64,000 bases of DNA from Nitrospirota bacterium (GCA_963751455.1 CAVVUN010000012.1:96001-160000); one strand, 5' to 3'. Shown: positions 8,027 through 19,075, counted from the stretch's first letter. Notes: generated by a model not told the origin, from the letters alone. Translations and numbers: made by a program.

Positions 8027-9634
8027 TTGCCTTCAACCACCATGCATTCAAACCTTTCATTGAATAAAACCCTCCAGCATATCGTCATCCTGATTCTGGC
8101 GTCTGCAGTTTTCTTCTTTTTCAGGCTCGGGTCCGCGCCTTTGACCGAGCCGGATGAGGGAAGAAACGCGGAAGTTGCCAGGGAAATGCTTGTGACCGGA
8201 GACTGGTGCACGCCTCATCTCAACTTTGAGAGAAAGCTGAACAAGCCTGTTCTGCTCTTCTGGGCCTCTGCCTTGTCCATGAAGCTTGCCGGGGTCAAGG
8301 AAGGAGCCGCACGGTTCCCGTCGGCAGCAGCGGCAGCCGCGGGTGTACTTGCAGTCTATTTTCTGGGACGCAGGATGTTCGGGGACCGCGCCGGACTTCT
8401 CTCAGGACTCGTGCTCGCTTCAAGCCCTCTTTATTTCGCTTTCAGCAGGATAGTCATCTTTGACATGCTGCTCGCCGTCTTTATAACGCTTGCAATGTTG
8501 TTTTTTTATCTCGGCTTTACCGAAGCCGGACAAGGCCGTAAGAGGATTTTCTATCTCCTCTTCTATGCTTCCATGGCGTTCGCTGTCCTCGCCAAAGGAC
8601 CGATCGGCCTGGTGATTCCCGTTGCGGTCGTCAGCCTGCATCTTCTTTTAACTCGAAGCACGGGCCGTTTCAGGGAGATCGAGTTCATCCCGGGCATGCT
8701 CGTTTTGCTGATCATTGCCTCGCCATGGTACGTGCTGATGAGCGTAAAGAATCCGGAATTTCCGCGTTATTTCTTTATTACAGAACATATCGTGCGCTAC
8801 ACCACGGACGCCTTTTCCCGGACAAAGCCGTTCTGGTTTTACATCCCTGTGGTGATCGGCGGCATGTTTCCCTGGATTTTATTTCTTCCTTCGGTAATAA
8901 AGATATCCTGGAAAGAAATACGCAAAAACGGCCCAAATAAACCGGCGCTGCTCTTTCTTGTTCTGTGGACCGCGCTTGTCTTCCTTTTCTTCACTTTTTC
9001 CAGGTCAAAGCTTGCCGGCTATATTCTGCCCTTATTGCCTGCAGTTGCACTTATGCTCGGATCCTTCTGGGATGCATATCTGAAGAGAAAAAAAGCGCGG
9101 CTGTTCGGAGTTTTCCTCGCTGTCTCGCTGCTCATTTTCGGGACCGGACTTTGGGCCTGGAACGTCTATTCGCCGGAGCGGTCGTCCCGGAGTTTTGCGG
9201 AACGCGTTCTGGCCGAAAGGAGGTCCGGGGATGTGGTCGTCACGTATGAGTCGTTCCCGACTTCTTTCCTTTTTTACATGGGGCAGCAAGTTCCGATCGT
9301 TTCGGACAGTGAAAATTTCATCCCCGGGAATTTCAGTGAAAACGGTCCTCGGAAAAGGGCCGCCTCGGCGCCGGCTACAATCGATCACGCCCAGTTCGGA
9401 CGTTTACTTGCTGACCGGAGAAAGAACATCTACATAGTAGGCCACAGGAGCCATGGTCCCGCAATCTCGGCTGCGGTTGAAGGGAAAGGTGTGCGATTGC
9501 TTCTTGAAGGCCGAAAGATGTGCCTCTGGGTGCGAGGTGAATCTTCAGGACCTCTCACTTTACGGACTTTTCCCGGGACTGCATCCCCGCGCGCAGATAC
9601 AGCCAAACCCCCGGCAAACTCGCTGCAACAATAA
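8027..9634 (+). CDS. ArnT/PMT-family polyprenyl-phosphate-sugar transferase
   Basis: PDEGRNAEVAREM, KPVLLFW, LAKGPIG, PWY, SKLAGYILP; many transmembrane segments. Confidence 0.9.
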   Translation: MPSTTMHSNLSLNKTLQHIVILILASAVFFFFRLGSAPLTEPDEGRNAEVAREMLVTGDWCTPHLNFERKLNKPVLLFWASALSMKLAGVKEGAARFPSAAAAAAGVLAVYFLGRRMFGDRAGLLSGLVLASSPLYFAFSRIVIFDMLLAVFITLAMLFFYLGFTEAGQGRKRIFYLLFYASMAFAVLAKGPIGLVIPVAVVSLHLLLTRSTGRFREIEFIPGMLVLLIIASPWYVLMSVKNPEFPRYFFITEHIVRYTTDAFSRTKPFWFYIPVVIGGMFPWILFLPSVIKISWKEIRKNGPNKPALLFLVLWTALVFLFFTFSRSKLAGYILPLLPAVALMLGSFWDAYLKRKKARLFGVFLAVSLLIFGTGLWAWNVYSPERSSRSFAERVLAERRSGDVVVTYESFPTSFLFYMGQQVPIVSDSENFIPGNFSENGPRKRAASAPATIDHAQFGRLLADRRKNIYIVGHRSHGPAISAAVEGKGVRLLLEGRKMCLWVRGESSGPLTLRTFPGTASPRADTAKPPANSLQQ

Positions 9635-10493
9635 TCCCCAGCCAGCATATTGCGAAACCCAATGCCTGCGGCGGTGCGACGCCGACGAGCGTCAACAGGT
9701 ACACGTATGCACCTTCACGCGGCCCGACACCACTTATCGAAATCGGAATAAACCCGGCCAGGGACGAAGCCGCATAAACTACGGCGTAATTCGCTGCTGG
9801 TATGTGAAGCCCCATGGCATTTCCCAGCATGATATGGATCATGACGAGCAGAGAATGAAAAACAAAAGACCAGGCAAAAGCGCTTAAGACGGCATCCTTG
9901 CGGTGCCAGTAAATCGAAATATCTTCTGCAAATGATATCGCCCAGGTCCGTTGTTTGAATATTGTCCCGGCAAGCCTGGGGATGAACGGCGGAAACACAA
10001 CGCTCAGAAGCATGCCTGCTCCGGCCAATCCGTATGTTAGTGGGGAAAACAGGCTTCCGGGCGCGATGAACAGGGCAAGGGTGCCCGTCCAGAGCATCAT
10101 CACAAAGCCTGTAACGCGCTCGGCAAGCACCGTGTAAATCGCCGGCGCCTTTCTTCCCGAAGCGTCCTGCCGCGACAGATACCAGCATTTTATACCGTCC
10201 CCGCCGATTGACGTCGGCAGAAACAGGTTGAAGAACATCCCTATAAAATAATAGGAAACATGGCTTCTCAACGGAGTGCAAAAGCCGGCTGCATCCGAGA
10301 GCAGCTTCCAGCGGTAGGCGCTGACGACCTGGGCCAGGGCATAGATGAGAACAGCGGAAATGAAGACGAGCCGGGGAAGACCCAGGACAACCCGGAGCGT
10401 TTCCTGAACGTTCGCGCTCCTCGCAAGAATGATGACAAGCGCGCTGCTGATCCCGGCCTTGATAAGGATCGCGAGCGGCTTACGGATTGCCAT
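9555..10493 (-). CDS. Lysylphosphatidylglycerol-synthase TM domain (flippase-like) protein
   Basis: AYRW, FFNLFLPTSIGGD, PISISGVGPRE. Confidence 0.88.
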   Translation of the reverse strand: MAIRKPLAILIKAGISSALVIILARSANVQETLRVVLGLPRLVFISAVLIYALAQVVSAYRWKLLSDAAGFCTPLRSHVSYYFIGMFFNLFLPTSIGGDGIKCWYLSRQDASGRKAPAIYTVLAERVTGFVMMLWTGTLALFIAPGSLFSPLTYGLAGAGMLLSVVFPPFIPRLAGTIFKQRTWAISFAEDISIYWHRKDAVLSAFAWSFVFHSLLVMIHIMLGNAMGLHIPAANYAVVYAASSLAGFIPISISGVGPREGAYVYLLTLVGVAPPQALGFAICWLGIIVAASLPGVWLYLRAGMQSREKSVK

Positions 10494-11493
10494 GGCTCTC
10501 GTCATCCCAGGAGCCGTACAGTTCCCGAACACGGAACACGGCCTTATTCTGAGATTCAAAATAGGTCCTTATCAGGATTTCCGCAATAATTCCCGTACTG
10601 ATGAATTGGACCCCCATTATGGTAAGGACAATGCCAAGATCGAGAAGCGGCCGCTCACCGATCGAATGACCATATATAATCTTGTCAACCCCCAGGTAGC
10701 CGCAAAGGGCCAGACCGGCGCCGAAAGAAGCCATGCCGAAACCCCCGAAAATATGGAGCGGCCTTGTTATGAACCGGCGAAAAAATACGACGGTCATGAG
10801 GTCCAGGACGACCCTGAATGTTTTTGAGAGGTTGTATTTGCTCTTGCCGAAACGGCGGGGATGATGCGCGACAGGGAGCTCCGCGATGCGGGCGCCCTCG
10901 ATGCCGGCAAGCGCCGGAATGAAACGATGCATCTCACCGTACAGAGGCAGGGTTTTCGCGATATCCGAGCGGTAGGCTTTGAGCGAGCACCCGTAGTCGT
11001 GCAGGCGGACGCCGGACACGGCGCTGATCAGCCTGTTCGCTATTCTCGACGGCAGAGTCTTTCTGATAAAATCGTCCTGCCGGTCCTTGCGCCAGCCGCT
11101 CACCACGTCATACCCTTCCTCGATCTTTTCGAGGATCTTCGGGATGTCGAGGGGATCGTTCTGAAGATCGCCGTCCATGGTTACAATGATCTCCCCTTTC
11201 GCATATTGGAAGCCGGCAGCCAGCGCCGCTGTCTGCCCGAAATTTCGCCTGAACCGGATAGCCTTTACATTCGGATACTTCTCGGAAAGGGACCTGAGCA
11301 CCCGGTCGGTCCCGTCTCCGGATCCGTCGTCGATGAATATAATCTCATACGGCATGCCAAGCGTTGACAAAACGTCGAGTACTCTGAATGCAAGAATTTT
11401 CACATTGTCCGCTTCATTATAGACCGGGATAACAACTGACAAACGCGGTTTCTCCGCAGATATGATCTTCTTTTCGAATTGCGGAGCAATCAT
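10480..11493 (-). CDS. GT2 polyprenyl-phosphate glycosyltransferase (ArnC/DPM-like)
   Basis: SVVIPVYNE, DDGSGD, RRNFGQTAA, MDGDLQNDP, two C-terminal TM helices. Confidence 0.92.
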   Translation of the reverse strand: MIAPQFEKKIISAEKPRLSVVIPVYNEADNVKILAFRVLDVLSTLGMPYEIIFIDDGSGDGTDRVLRSLSEKYPNVKAIRFRRNFGQTAALAAGFQYAKGEIIVTMDGDLQNDPLDIPKILEKIEEGYDVVSGWRKDRQDDFIRKTLPSRIANRLISAVSGVRLHDYGCSLKAYRSDIAKTLPLYGEMHRFIPALAGIEGARIAELPVAHHPRRFGKSKYNLSKTFRVVLDLMTVVFFRRFITRPLHIFGGFGMASFGAGLALCGYLGVDKIIYGHSIGERPLLDLGIVLTIMGVQFISTGIIAEILIRTYFESQNKAVFRVRELYGSWDDESHGNP

Positions 11494-12665
11494 TTTGCCT
11501 GCTCCTTGCTGAGCGCTCCACGTTCATTATTGATCGGAACGCGGGGGATACCGGAATATTCTGCTGTTCGTTTTCTCTTTTGGCCTGTTCCTGCACGGAC
11601 TCGTGCGGAGCGAGGTGTCGTGTAGTTCAAGACAGCCTTGCCTGCGCCGCCCTGAACACCCGTTTTCGCGCCGTAGAACAGCGTATACCACTCCACAAAG
11701 TTCCTGAGACCTTTCTCAAGTGGAGTGTGCGGACTGAACCCTGTGTCCCTCATGAGCGCCCCCACGTCGGCGCAGGTTGTACGGACATCTCCGGGCTGCA
11801 TAGGCTGCGGTTTGACAACGGCTTTTTTGCCGATGCAATCCTCAAGTACCTCTATGAACCGGCTGAGCTCGATCGTGGTGTTATTTCCGATGTTGTAGAG
11901 ACGATACGGCACTACTCCAGCGCCATCACCGGAGCCCCCGTCCGTATGCCGAACAAAGCTTTTGGCCATGATCCGCACAATTCCTTCGATTATATCGTCA
12001 ATGTAGGTAAAATCGCGGCGCATGTCCCCGTTATTGAACAGCTTGATCGGCGTGCCTTCCATGATCGCCCGGGTAAACATGAAATAAGCCATGTCGGGCC
12101 TGCCCCAGGGACCGTACACCGTAAAAAAGCGGAGGCCGGTGACGGGCAGACCATAGAGGCTGGCATAGGCATGTGCCATCATTTCATCAGCCTTTTTGGT
12201 TGCTGCGTAGAGCGAGACAGGACGGTCCGTGTTGCAGTTTTCTGAAAACGGAGCTGTATTGTTTTCGCCATACACTGAACTGGACGATGCAAAAATGAGA
12301 TGCTTGACTTTCGACTTTCTGCATTCTTCGAGAACATTGAGAAATCCCATAACATTGCTTTGACCGAAGGCATACGGGTCAATGAGAGAGTATCTGATTC
12401 CCGCCTGAGCAGCCAGGTTCACAACAATCTCGAACGTGTGGCCGGAGAAAATCGTCGCAATCGCGCCACGGTCCGCAATATCGATCTTTTGAAACAGGAA
12501 AGCGCTGTTTTTTGCCAGCAAGTGCAGGCGGGCTTTTTTAAGACCGATGTCATAGTAGTTATTGAGATTATCGATTCCAACCACAGGATAGCCCCGGTTG
12601 AGAAGGTTCTGACAGAGATGAAATCCGATAAAGCCGGCTGCGCCGGTTACAAGCACTTTTTTCAT
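11490..12665 (-). CDS. NAD-dependent epimerase, UDP-glucuronate 4-epimerase-like
   Basis: TGAAGFIG, LAAQAG, YAATKK, FFTVYGPWGRPDMA, MQPGDV. Confidence 0.9.
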   Translation of the reverse strand: MKKVLVTGAAGFIGFHLCQNLLNRGYPVVGIDNLNNYYDIGLKKARLHLLAKNSAFLFQKIDIADRGAIATIFSGHTFEIVVNLAAQAGIRYSLIDPYAFGQSNVMGFLNVLEECRKSKVKHLIFASSSSVYGENNTAPFSENCNTDRPVSLYAATKKADEMMAHAYASLYGLPVTGLRFFTVYGPWGRPDMAYFMFTRAIMEGTPIKLFNNGDMRRDFTYIDDIIEGIVRIMAKSFVRHTDGGSGDGAGVVPYRLYNIGNNTTIELSRFIEVLEDCIGKKAVVKPQPMQPGDVRTTCADVGALMRDTGFSPHTPLEKGLRNFVEWYTLFYGAKTGVQGGAGKAVLNYTTPRSARVRAGTGQKRKRTAEYSGIPRVPINNERGALSKEQAK

Positions 12666-12910
12666 AGTTGTTCAGGATGTGCGAATGGCTGGAAAGAATG
12701 TAACCGGCGGGCGTCTATCCCGTGGGCGCACACTAAAAAGTATAACAACATCGGACGAAGCTGTCTACGGATGTTCTTTTTTTTGAACGGGAGCTGTCGC
12801 TTAATAATTCTTTAGGATTAAAAAAGCAGGAAGAAAACGATAAAGAGAATTCAGCCGGGATTGGATTTTCAGAAAACCAGGATGTGCAGAGGCAGAATTT
12901 TGAAGAGAAG

Positions 12911-13717
12911 TTATTTTATCAAATCCGAATACTCCGCTGGTTTCCGCTGCTTGAGGAAACCCCACGTCTCGGAAGCTGCATCGCGTTCCTTCAGGTCGAT
13001 ATCGGCAATAACAATCGCGTCCTTGCTGCCCGCAAGCTCGGAGATCGTTTCTCCCCACGGATCCACGCAGAAACTCCTGCCGTAGAACGAAATGTCGTCT
13101 TCCCTGCCGACGCGGTTCACCCGGAAAATGAAGATGTTGTTGGCAAAGGCGTTTGCCGATATAGCCCGTTCCCAGAGACTGCGCGTGTTGAGGCCAGCCG
13201 CAGTCGGCGCGAACACGATCTCTGCGCCTTTGAGCGCAAGGACCCGGCTTCCCTCCGGAAACAGGTTGTCCCAGCAGATCTGGACTCCGATTTTTCCGTG
13301 AGACGTTTCGAATACCGGCAGTCCTATGTTTCCGGGAGAGAAGTAGAACTGCTCGCGATAAAATTGAAGGTTGGGAATATGTATTTTACGGTAAACACCG
13401 AGAAGCCTGCCGCAGTCGAGGACGGCCGCGCTGTTATAGTACTTGCCGTTTGAAGTCTCGAAGAACGGGATAACGAACACTGTTCCCGTTTCTTTTGAAA
13501 GCGGCAGAAAGCAGTCTATTACATCGGAAGAAGCATCATGCGACAGCGAGAAAAATTCCTTGTTCTCCTCTTTTAAGAACCACGGCGAAAGAAAAAGCTC
13601 GGGATAGCATATGATCCGTGCCCCCTTGTCAGCCGCAACCTGCGCCATCTCGAGTGCGCGCTCGATGTTCCGCCCATTGTCCTTACCCGCGCTTATTTGA
13701 ATGCCCGCTATCTTCAT
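12911..13717 (-). CDS. Carbon-nitrogen hydrolase (nitrilase superfamily)
   Basis: Catalytic triad motifs PELF, YRKIHIP, ICWD. Confidence 0.9.
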   Translation of the reverse strand: MKIAGIQISAGKDNGRNIERALEMAQVAADKGARIICYPELFLSPWFLKEENKEFFSLSHDASSDVIDCFLPLSKETGTVFVIPFFETSNGKYYNSAAVLDCGRLLGVYRKIHIPNLQFYREQFYFSPGNIGLPVFETSHGKIGVQICWDNLFPEGSRVLALKGAEIVFAPTAAGLNTRSLWERAISANAFANNIFIFRVNRVGREDDISFYGRSFCVDPWGETISELAGSKDAIVIADIDLKERDAASETWGFLKQRKPAEYSDLIK

Positions 13718-13724
13718 AGATTCA

Positions 13725-13808
13725 GACGGAGCGACGGGGAGGTGGGCGAGGGGCGAACTGAAACTTCTTTGATGTCACCGCGTCTCTTAATCGCCGCGTC
13801 CCCGTGTC
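13725..13808. repeat. Intergenic palindromic element with short periodic units
   Basis: GACGGAGCGACGGGGAGG left arm; TCACCGCGTC/TCGCCGCGTC/CCCGTGTC right arm. Confidence 0.55.
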
Positions 13809-13815
13809 GTCGTTT

Positions 13816-16452
13816 TTACTTCCCGTGGCACTTCTTGTACTTGAGGCCGCTTCCGCACGGACAGGGCTCGTTTCTGCCCACCTTCTGCCCTGCATGAACG
13901 GGCTCGGCCGGCCTGGCCCCTTCCGCTCCGGCGCCCACAAAGCTGAGGTTTGCTATCTGGCGTTTTTGACGGCGTTCAATTTCTTCGCCCTGGCTCCGGG
14001 CGGCCATCTTGATTCTGAACAGGTTTTCGACGGTCGATTCGACGATGCGCAGCTTCATCTCCTCGAACATGTCGAACCCTTCTTTTTTATATTCGATCAG
14101 CGGGTCTTTCTGGCCGTATCCGCGAAGACCGATACCCTCTTTCAGATGGTCCATAGCGAGAAGGTGGTCTTTCCACTGGTGGTCGACTGCCTGCAGCATG
14201 AACACCTTCTCGAGGTGCCGCATGAGCTCTGTGCCGATTTCCTTCTCTTTGTTTTCGTAGCTTTCCGTTAGCGCTTCCCAGAGCTTTTCGCGAAGCTCTT
14301 CCCGGGACAGGGCCTTCGGATCAATGCCGGCCAGGTGATAGGAAAACTTGGCGGCAAGCGCATCTCTGAGGCCGGTCACATCCCATGTTTCGGGATAGGC
14401 GTTTTCGGGACAGTAGAATGCCAGCATTCCGTCAAGCATTTCCTCTGCAAGCCCGAGCACTTCTTCCTTGAGGTCCTCGCCGGCCAGGATCTGGCGGCGC
14501 TGCTCGTAGATGACTTTCCGCTGCTGGTTCATGACGTCGTCGTATTCAAGAATATGCTTCCGCATCTCGAAGTTGTGATTTTCCACCTTCTTCTGCGCGT
14601 TCTCGATCGCTCGCGACACCATGCGGTGCTCTATCGGCACGTCTTCTTCCATCCCGAGTCTGCCCATGAGCCCCGAGATGCGGTCGGACCCGAAGATGCG
14701 AAGCAGGTCGTCCTCGAGCGAGAGATAAAACCGGGATGACCCCGGATCTCCCTGCCGGCCGGAGCGTCCGCGGAGCTGGTTGTCGATCCGCCGGGCCTCG
14801 TGCCGTTCGGTGCCGAGAATGTGCAGACCGCCCGCTTCTATCACCTTTTCTTTTTCGGCCGCGCACACCGCCTTGAACTGCTCGACCGTCTTATCCCATT
14901 CTTCCCTGGTGTATTCCTTGCCCTTGAGCGCCTGGCGTGCGAGCCCTTCCGGGTTTCCGCCCAGGACGATGTCCGTGCCGCGGCCGGCCATGTTCGTGGC
15001 TATCGTGACCGCTGCATACCTCCCTGCCTGGGCCACGATCTCCGCCTCCATCTCGTGGTACTTGGCGTTCAGGACCGAATGCTTGATGTTTTTCTTCTTC
15101 AGTATCGCGGCCAGCGTCTCGGATTTGACGATCGAGATTGTACCGACCAGAACGGGCTGACCCTTCTTGTTCAGCTCTTCAATTTCCGCGATTGCCGCGT
15201 TGAACTTCGATTTTTCGTTTTTATAGATAAAGTCGGCGTTGTCCTTGCGGATCATCGGCCGGTGCGTCGGGATGACTACGACGTCGAGATTGTAGATCTT
15301 GGCGAATTCGGGGGCCTCTGTTTCCGCGGTTCCCGTCATACCTGCAAGTTTTCCGTACAGACGGAAATAGTTCTGGAACGTGATCGAGGCAAGCGTCTGG
15401 TTCTCGTTCTCGATCTTCACGCCTTCCTTAGCCTCGATCGCCTGGTGCAGGCCGTCGCTCCAGCGTCTGCCGGGCATCAGCCGGCCCGTGAATTCGTCCA
15501 CGATCATGACCTGGTTGTCCTTCACCACGTAATCCACGTCCCGATTGAACAGGGCATGCGCCTTGAGCGCCTGGTGCACGTGATGAACCAGGTCGACATT
15601 GGAGGGGTCATACAGATTGCCGGCTCCGAGCATTCGCTCCACTTTGACGTTGCCTTCCTCGGTCAGTGCCGAAGTCTTCGTCTTCTCCTCAATGGTATAA
15701 TCAACATCTTTCTTCAGGCTCGGGATGATCCGGTTGATCTTGTAATACTTGTCGGTGGATTCTTCCGTCGGGCCGGATATGATCAACGGTGTCCTGGCCT
15801 CGTCGATCAGGATCGAGTCCACTTCATCGACAATGGCGTAATTCAGCTCCCGCTGCACAAAGTCCTTGAGGTCGAACTTCATGTTGTCGCGGAGATAATC
15901 GAAGCCGAACTCGTTGTTCGTTCCATACGTCACGTCCGCTCCGTAGGCCTGCTGCCGTTCTTCGTCGGTCAGTCCGTGCACAATGACGCCCACGGTCAGT
16001 CCGAGAAATGAATAGACCGGTCCCATCCATTGCGCGTCGCGCCTGGCAAGATAGTCGTTCACGGTCACCACATGGACACCCTTGCCGGTAAGGCTGTTCA
16101 GGTAGACAGGAAGCGTGGCAACGAGCGTCTTCCCTTCCCCCGTTTTCATCTCCGCGATCTTCCCGTTGTGCAGCACGATGCCGCCGATAAGCTGCGCGTC
16201 AAAGTGCCGCAGTCCGAGCGTCCTCTTCGAGGCTTCACGCACGACGGCAAAGGCTTCCGGAAGAATATCGTCCGGGGTCTCGCCCCGATCGAGCCTCTGC
16301 TTGAACTCTCCGGTTTTGGCCCGGAGTCCGCTGTCCGAAAGCGCGGAAACACCGGACTCGAGCTCATTGATCCTGTCAACGGAAGCTTTGATTCTCTTTA
16401 TTTCCCGTTCATTTGCGGTGCCGAATACTTTTTTTAAAATCGTTCCGATCAT
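13816..16452 (-). CDS. secA: Preprotein translocase subunit SecA
   Basis: [38 protein letters not shown]-terminal SEC-C motif [14 protein letters not shown]. Confidence 0.99.
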   Translation of the reverse strand: MIGTILKKVFGTANEREIKRIKASVDRINELESGVSALSDSGLRAKTGEFKQRLDRGETPDDILPEAFAVVREASKRTLGLRHFDAQLIGGIVLHNGKIAEMKTGEGKTLVATLPVYLNSLTGKGVHVVTVNDYLARRDAQWMGPVYSFLGLTVGVIVHGLTDEERQQAYGADVTYGTNNEFGFDYLRDNMKFDLKDFVQRELNYAIVDEVDSILIDEARTPLIISGPTEESTDKYYKINRIIPSLKKDVDYTIEEKTKTSALTEEGNVKVERMLGAGNLYDPSNVDLVHHVHQALKAHALFNRDVDYVVKDNQVMIVDEFTGRLMPGRRWSDGLHQAIEAKEGVKIENENQTLASITFQNYFRLYGKLAGMTGTAETEAPEFAKIYNLDVVVIPTHRPMIRKDNADFIYKNEKSKFNAAIAEIEELNKKGQPVLVGTISIVKSETLAAILKKKNIKHSVLNAKYHEMEAEIVAQAGRYAAVTIATNMAGRGTDIVLGGNPEGLARQALKGKEYTREEWDKTVEQFKAVCAAEKEKVIEAGGLHILGTERHEARRIDNQLRGRSGRQGDPGSSRFYLSLEDDLLRIFGSDRISGLMGRLGMEEDVPIEHRMVSRAIENAQKKVENHNFEMRKHILEYDDVMNQQRKVIYEQRRQILAGEDLKEEVLGLAEEMLDGMLAFYCPENAYPETWDVTGLRDALAAKFSYHLAGIDPKALSREELREKLWEALTESYENKEKEIGTELMRHLEKVFMLQAVDHQWKDHLLAMDHLKEGIGLRGYGQKDPLIEYKKEGFDMFEEMKLRIVESTVENLFRIKMAARSQGEEIERRQKRQIANLSFVGAGAEGARPAEPVHAGQKVGRNEPCPCGSGLKYKKCHGK

Positions 16453-16810
16453 CAGTCTGTTCTCTCCGGTAAGAATCACAACCAGCCTTGTAACTGGGGC
16501 CGGCCGCTATATTCTTGTTTCTCAGCTTCCATCAAACTTCATAAGCTCGAGTAAATATCGATCCTCTTTTGATGGAACTGTTTTCAATAATAATCGTTTT
16601 TCGCTTGAAATTCAAGGAGAAATATCCCGTCGACCGATTGGGAGGCACAATTATCGAGAGGCACTAAAGCAAATAGCGTGAGCAGATCCATAACCCGCTT
16701 CGCGCACAGCAATCTGAATGAAAGCCGAATGGCAAAATACCACAAACGTGGTTGGAGAAAAATGATATTTCGTGCTTGACAAAAAAAAACAATACGTGTA
16801 CAAAATAAGT

Positions 16811-17143
16811 ATGAAAAGCATTATATCCGACAAATCCCTGTTTGAAATGCAGGCCGAAATCTGCAAAACCCTTACCAATCCCAAAAGAATAGAAATTCTG
16901 AATACCCTCCGAAACGAAGAAAAGACTGTTACAGAACTGGTTGCCGCCTTAGGCGCTTCAAAAGCGAATGTTTCACAGCACCTCGCCGTCATGCGCCACA
17001 AAGGAATCCTGTCAACGCGCCGTGAAGGCGTAAACATATATTACCGGGTCTCGAACCCGAAGGTGATAGAAGCATGCTCCTTGATGAAAGAAGTTCTTTT
17101 TGAGCAGCATGCTGCGAAGAAAAAGGCGGTCACCGGGATCTAG
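16811..17143 (+). CDS. ArsR/SmtB-family regulator
   Basis: KTLTNPKRIEIL...VSQHLAVMR...RREGVNIYY. Confidence 0.92.
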   Translation: MKSIISDKSLFEMQAEICKTLTNPKRIEILNTLRNEEKTVTELVAALGASKANVSQHLAVMRHKGILSTRREGVNIYYRVSNPKVIEACSLMKEVLFEQHAAKKKAVTGI

Positions 17144-17186
17144 GCTGAAAACCCAAACACTCTCTTTTTTTGATTATATAGTTTCA

Positions 17187-17209
17187 ATAGTTATTAACTT
17201 ATTAACTAT
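17187..17209. promoter_or_regulatory. Candidate operator
   Basis: Inverted repeat ATAGTTA-N9-TAACTAT upstream of the 17382 gene. Confidence 0.45.
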
Positions 17210-17381
17210 ACGCCCTAATTATATCCTGCCGACAGAGGAGGTGAACCTACGTAACTCCTGCAAGCACGCTTCATCCAATCCCGATTTTTAACAACAGACA
17301 GATAGTTTGGGGTATGCCCCGGGGTCACGCATTCACGGCTATAGGGCAATCTCCACTCAAAAAATTTAGGAGGTTTTACGA

Positions 17382-18788
17382 ATGAAGAACTTTTTTTTTG
17401 CGGTAATTTTTCTGCTTCTAGCAGCTGCCGGCTTTGCCCAGGCAGCGGACGACTCTTCCTGGCTACAGATCGGCGGTGACTACCGCTTCAGATATGACAT
17501 GCTGAAAGGCACCATACCGGATTATATGGACGCAGGTGCCGGGTTCACTGGAAACGCTGCCGGTATTCAAAGCGGCTTCGCAGTGGAGAATGATTCTCTC
17601 ATGCTGAACCGTTTTGGTTTGAATCTGAAAGCCGATGCCATGGAGGGCGTGGCTGTCAAAGCCCGGCTTGTCATGTACAAGGTGTGGGGACATGAGACCT
17701 CGACGCCGATTCAGGGTCCGTACTTCGGGGACAGGGCCATGGGCGCGAACGACGGAACTCTGGGACATGTACCTGCGGATAACGCAATGCGTGCGGATTA
17801 TGCGTACGCCACCGTGAGCAATATCTTCGATGCTCCCGCATGGTTTTCGGTCGGCCGCAGACCTTCTACAGGCGGCATCCCGAGCAACATTCGACAAAAC
17901 CTGGAAAAGATGGGAACTGCCGGCATCCCCAGCTTGATGGTGAACTATGCCTTTGATGGGATGACCATTGGCTTTGCTCCGGACATTGAAGCATTGCCGG
18001 GCTCGTATGCGAAGCTCTGCTACGGGAAGGGTTTTGACAGCGGCTTCCAGCCCACCAGTGGAGCGACTCTTAAGGACACGGATTTCCTCGGTCTGAACGC
18101 CGCTGTTATCGATTCCGACACGTTGCATGTTGAAGTGCAGTATCAGAAAGGCTGGAATATCTTTGACGCGCCCTCGGATGGATTCACCATGGTGAATCCG
18201 GCCACGGGCGCTCTTACACCGGTAAGCGTATCCGCAAATCTCGGCGATATAGATTGGATTGGAGCTGTGGTAACAGGCAAGCTTGGCAATCTGAATCTCT
18301 TTTTGTCCGCGGCGCAAAGCAAGACAGATCCCAATGACAACACCTTCGGCGGGACCTCGCCTTGGGGCCTGCTCTGGACCGCAACCGCGGCCGGAGGCGC
18401 CGGGAAGCAGAGCGCGAAGGGCAACGCGATCTACGTCGGTGGCCGGTATGACATCAACAGGACGAAAATCGGCGTGGAATACAATCACGGATCAAAGAAC
18501 TGGATCGGAATGGTGCCGGCGGACGATGACATCTGGACAAGCAAACTCGGGACCAGGGGCGATGTCTACGAAATATACCTCATCCAGGAACTCGATCGGA
18601 AGCCGGTGTCGAAAAAAGGGAGTGCGTTCGTAAAGATTGCGTATCAATATTATAAGTTCGATTATACTCTCAGCAATTTCTGGATCGGCGCCCCTGCGAA
18701 AATGTCGGACGTTGCTTCCGTACCGCAGGCACTGGCTCCCGTCAAGGATGCGAAGGACCTCTATTTGACCTTCGACGTTCGGTTCTAG
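17382..18788 (+). CDS. DUF3373-like outer-membrane protein
   Basis: Signal peptide, IGGDYRFRYD, SVGRRPSTGG, EYNHGSKNW, SKLGTRG, terminal Phe. Confidence 0.8.
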   Translation: MKNFFFAVIFLLLAAAGFAQAADDSSWLQIGGDYRFRYDMLKGTIPDYMDAGAGFTGNAAGIQSGFAVENDSLMLNRFGLNLKADAMEGVAVKARLVMYKVWGHETSTPIQGPYFGDRAMGANDGTLGHVPADNAMRADYAYATVSNIFDAPAWFSVGRRPSTGGIPSNIRQNLEKMGTAGIPSLMVNYAFDGMTIGFAPDIEALPGSYAKLCYGKGFDSGFQPTSGATLKDTDFLGLNAAVIDSDTLHVEVQYQKGWNIFDAPSDGFTMVNPATGALTPVSVSANLGDIDWIGAVVTGKLGNLNLFLSAAQSKTDPNDNTFGGTSPWGLLWTATAAGGAGKQSAKGNAIYVGGRYDINRTKIGVEYNHGSKNWIGMVPADDDIWTSKLGTRGDVYEIYLIQELDRKPVSKKGSAFVKIAYQYYKFDYTLSNFWIGAPAKMSDVASVPQALAPVKDAKDLYLTFDVRF

Positions 18789-18803
18789 GGTAAACAGCAT
18801 TTC

Positions 18804-18832
18804 CGGGAGGGGCGTTGCCCCTCCTTTTTTTT
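18804..18832 (+). terminator. Intrinsic terminator
   Basis: GGAGGGGC-GTT-GCCCCTCC followed by T8. Confidence 0.9.
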
Positions 18833-18878
18833 GGCTATCAGGCCGGATTAAGAAAGCCCGGATACGCCCAACAATCAT

Positions 18879-19042
18879 CCTGAAAAAAGCAGTTGGACAC
18901 GGATAAAATCTGATCAACACGGATTTATAGGAAGTTACGAACAGTAATGGATTCACCCAAAAGGCGAGATGGCTTTTTGCTCTATCACATTGTTTTGATC
19001 CGCTGTTTCCGTGTTCATCCGTGTTCAAATGCCGTTTTTAGG
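18879..19042 (-). mobile_element. 164-bp MITE, copy 1
   Basis: Reverse complement of 55554-55717; CCT...AGG imperfect TIRs; ATCAT direct repeats at 18874-18878 and 19043-19047. Confidence 0.9.
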
Positions 19043-19075
19043 ATCATATGAATGATCGGCTGTCATAAAAACAAT

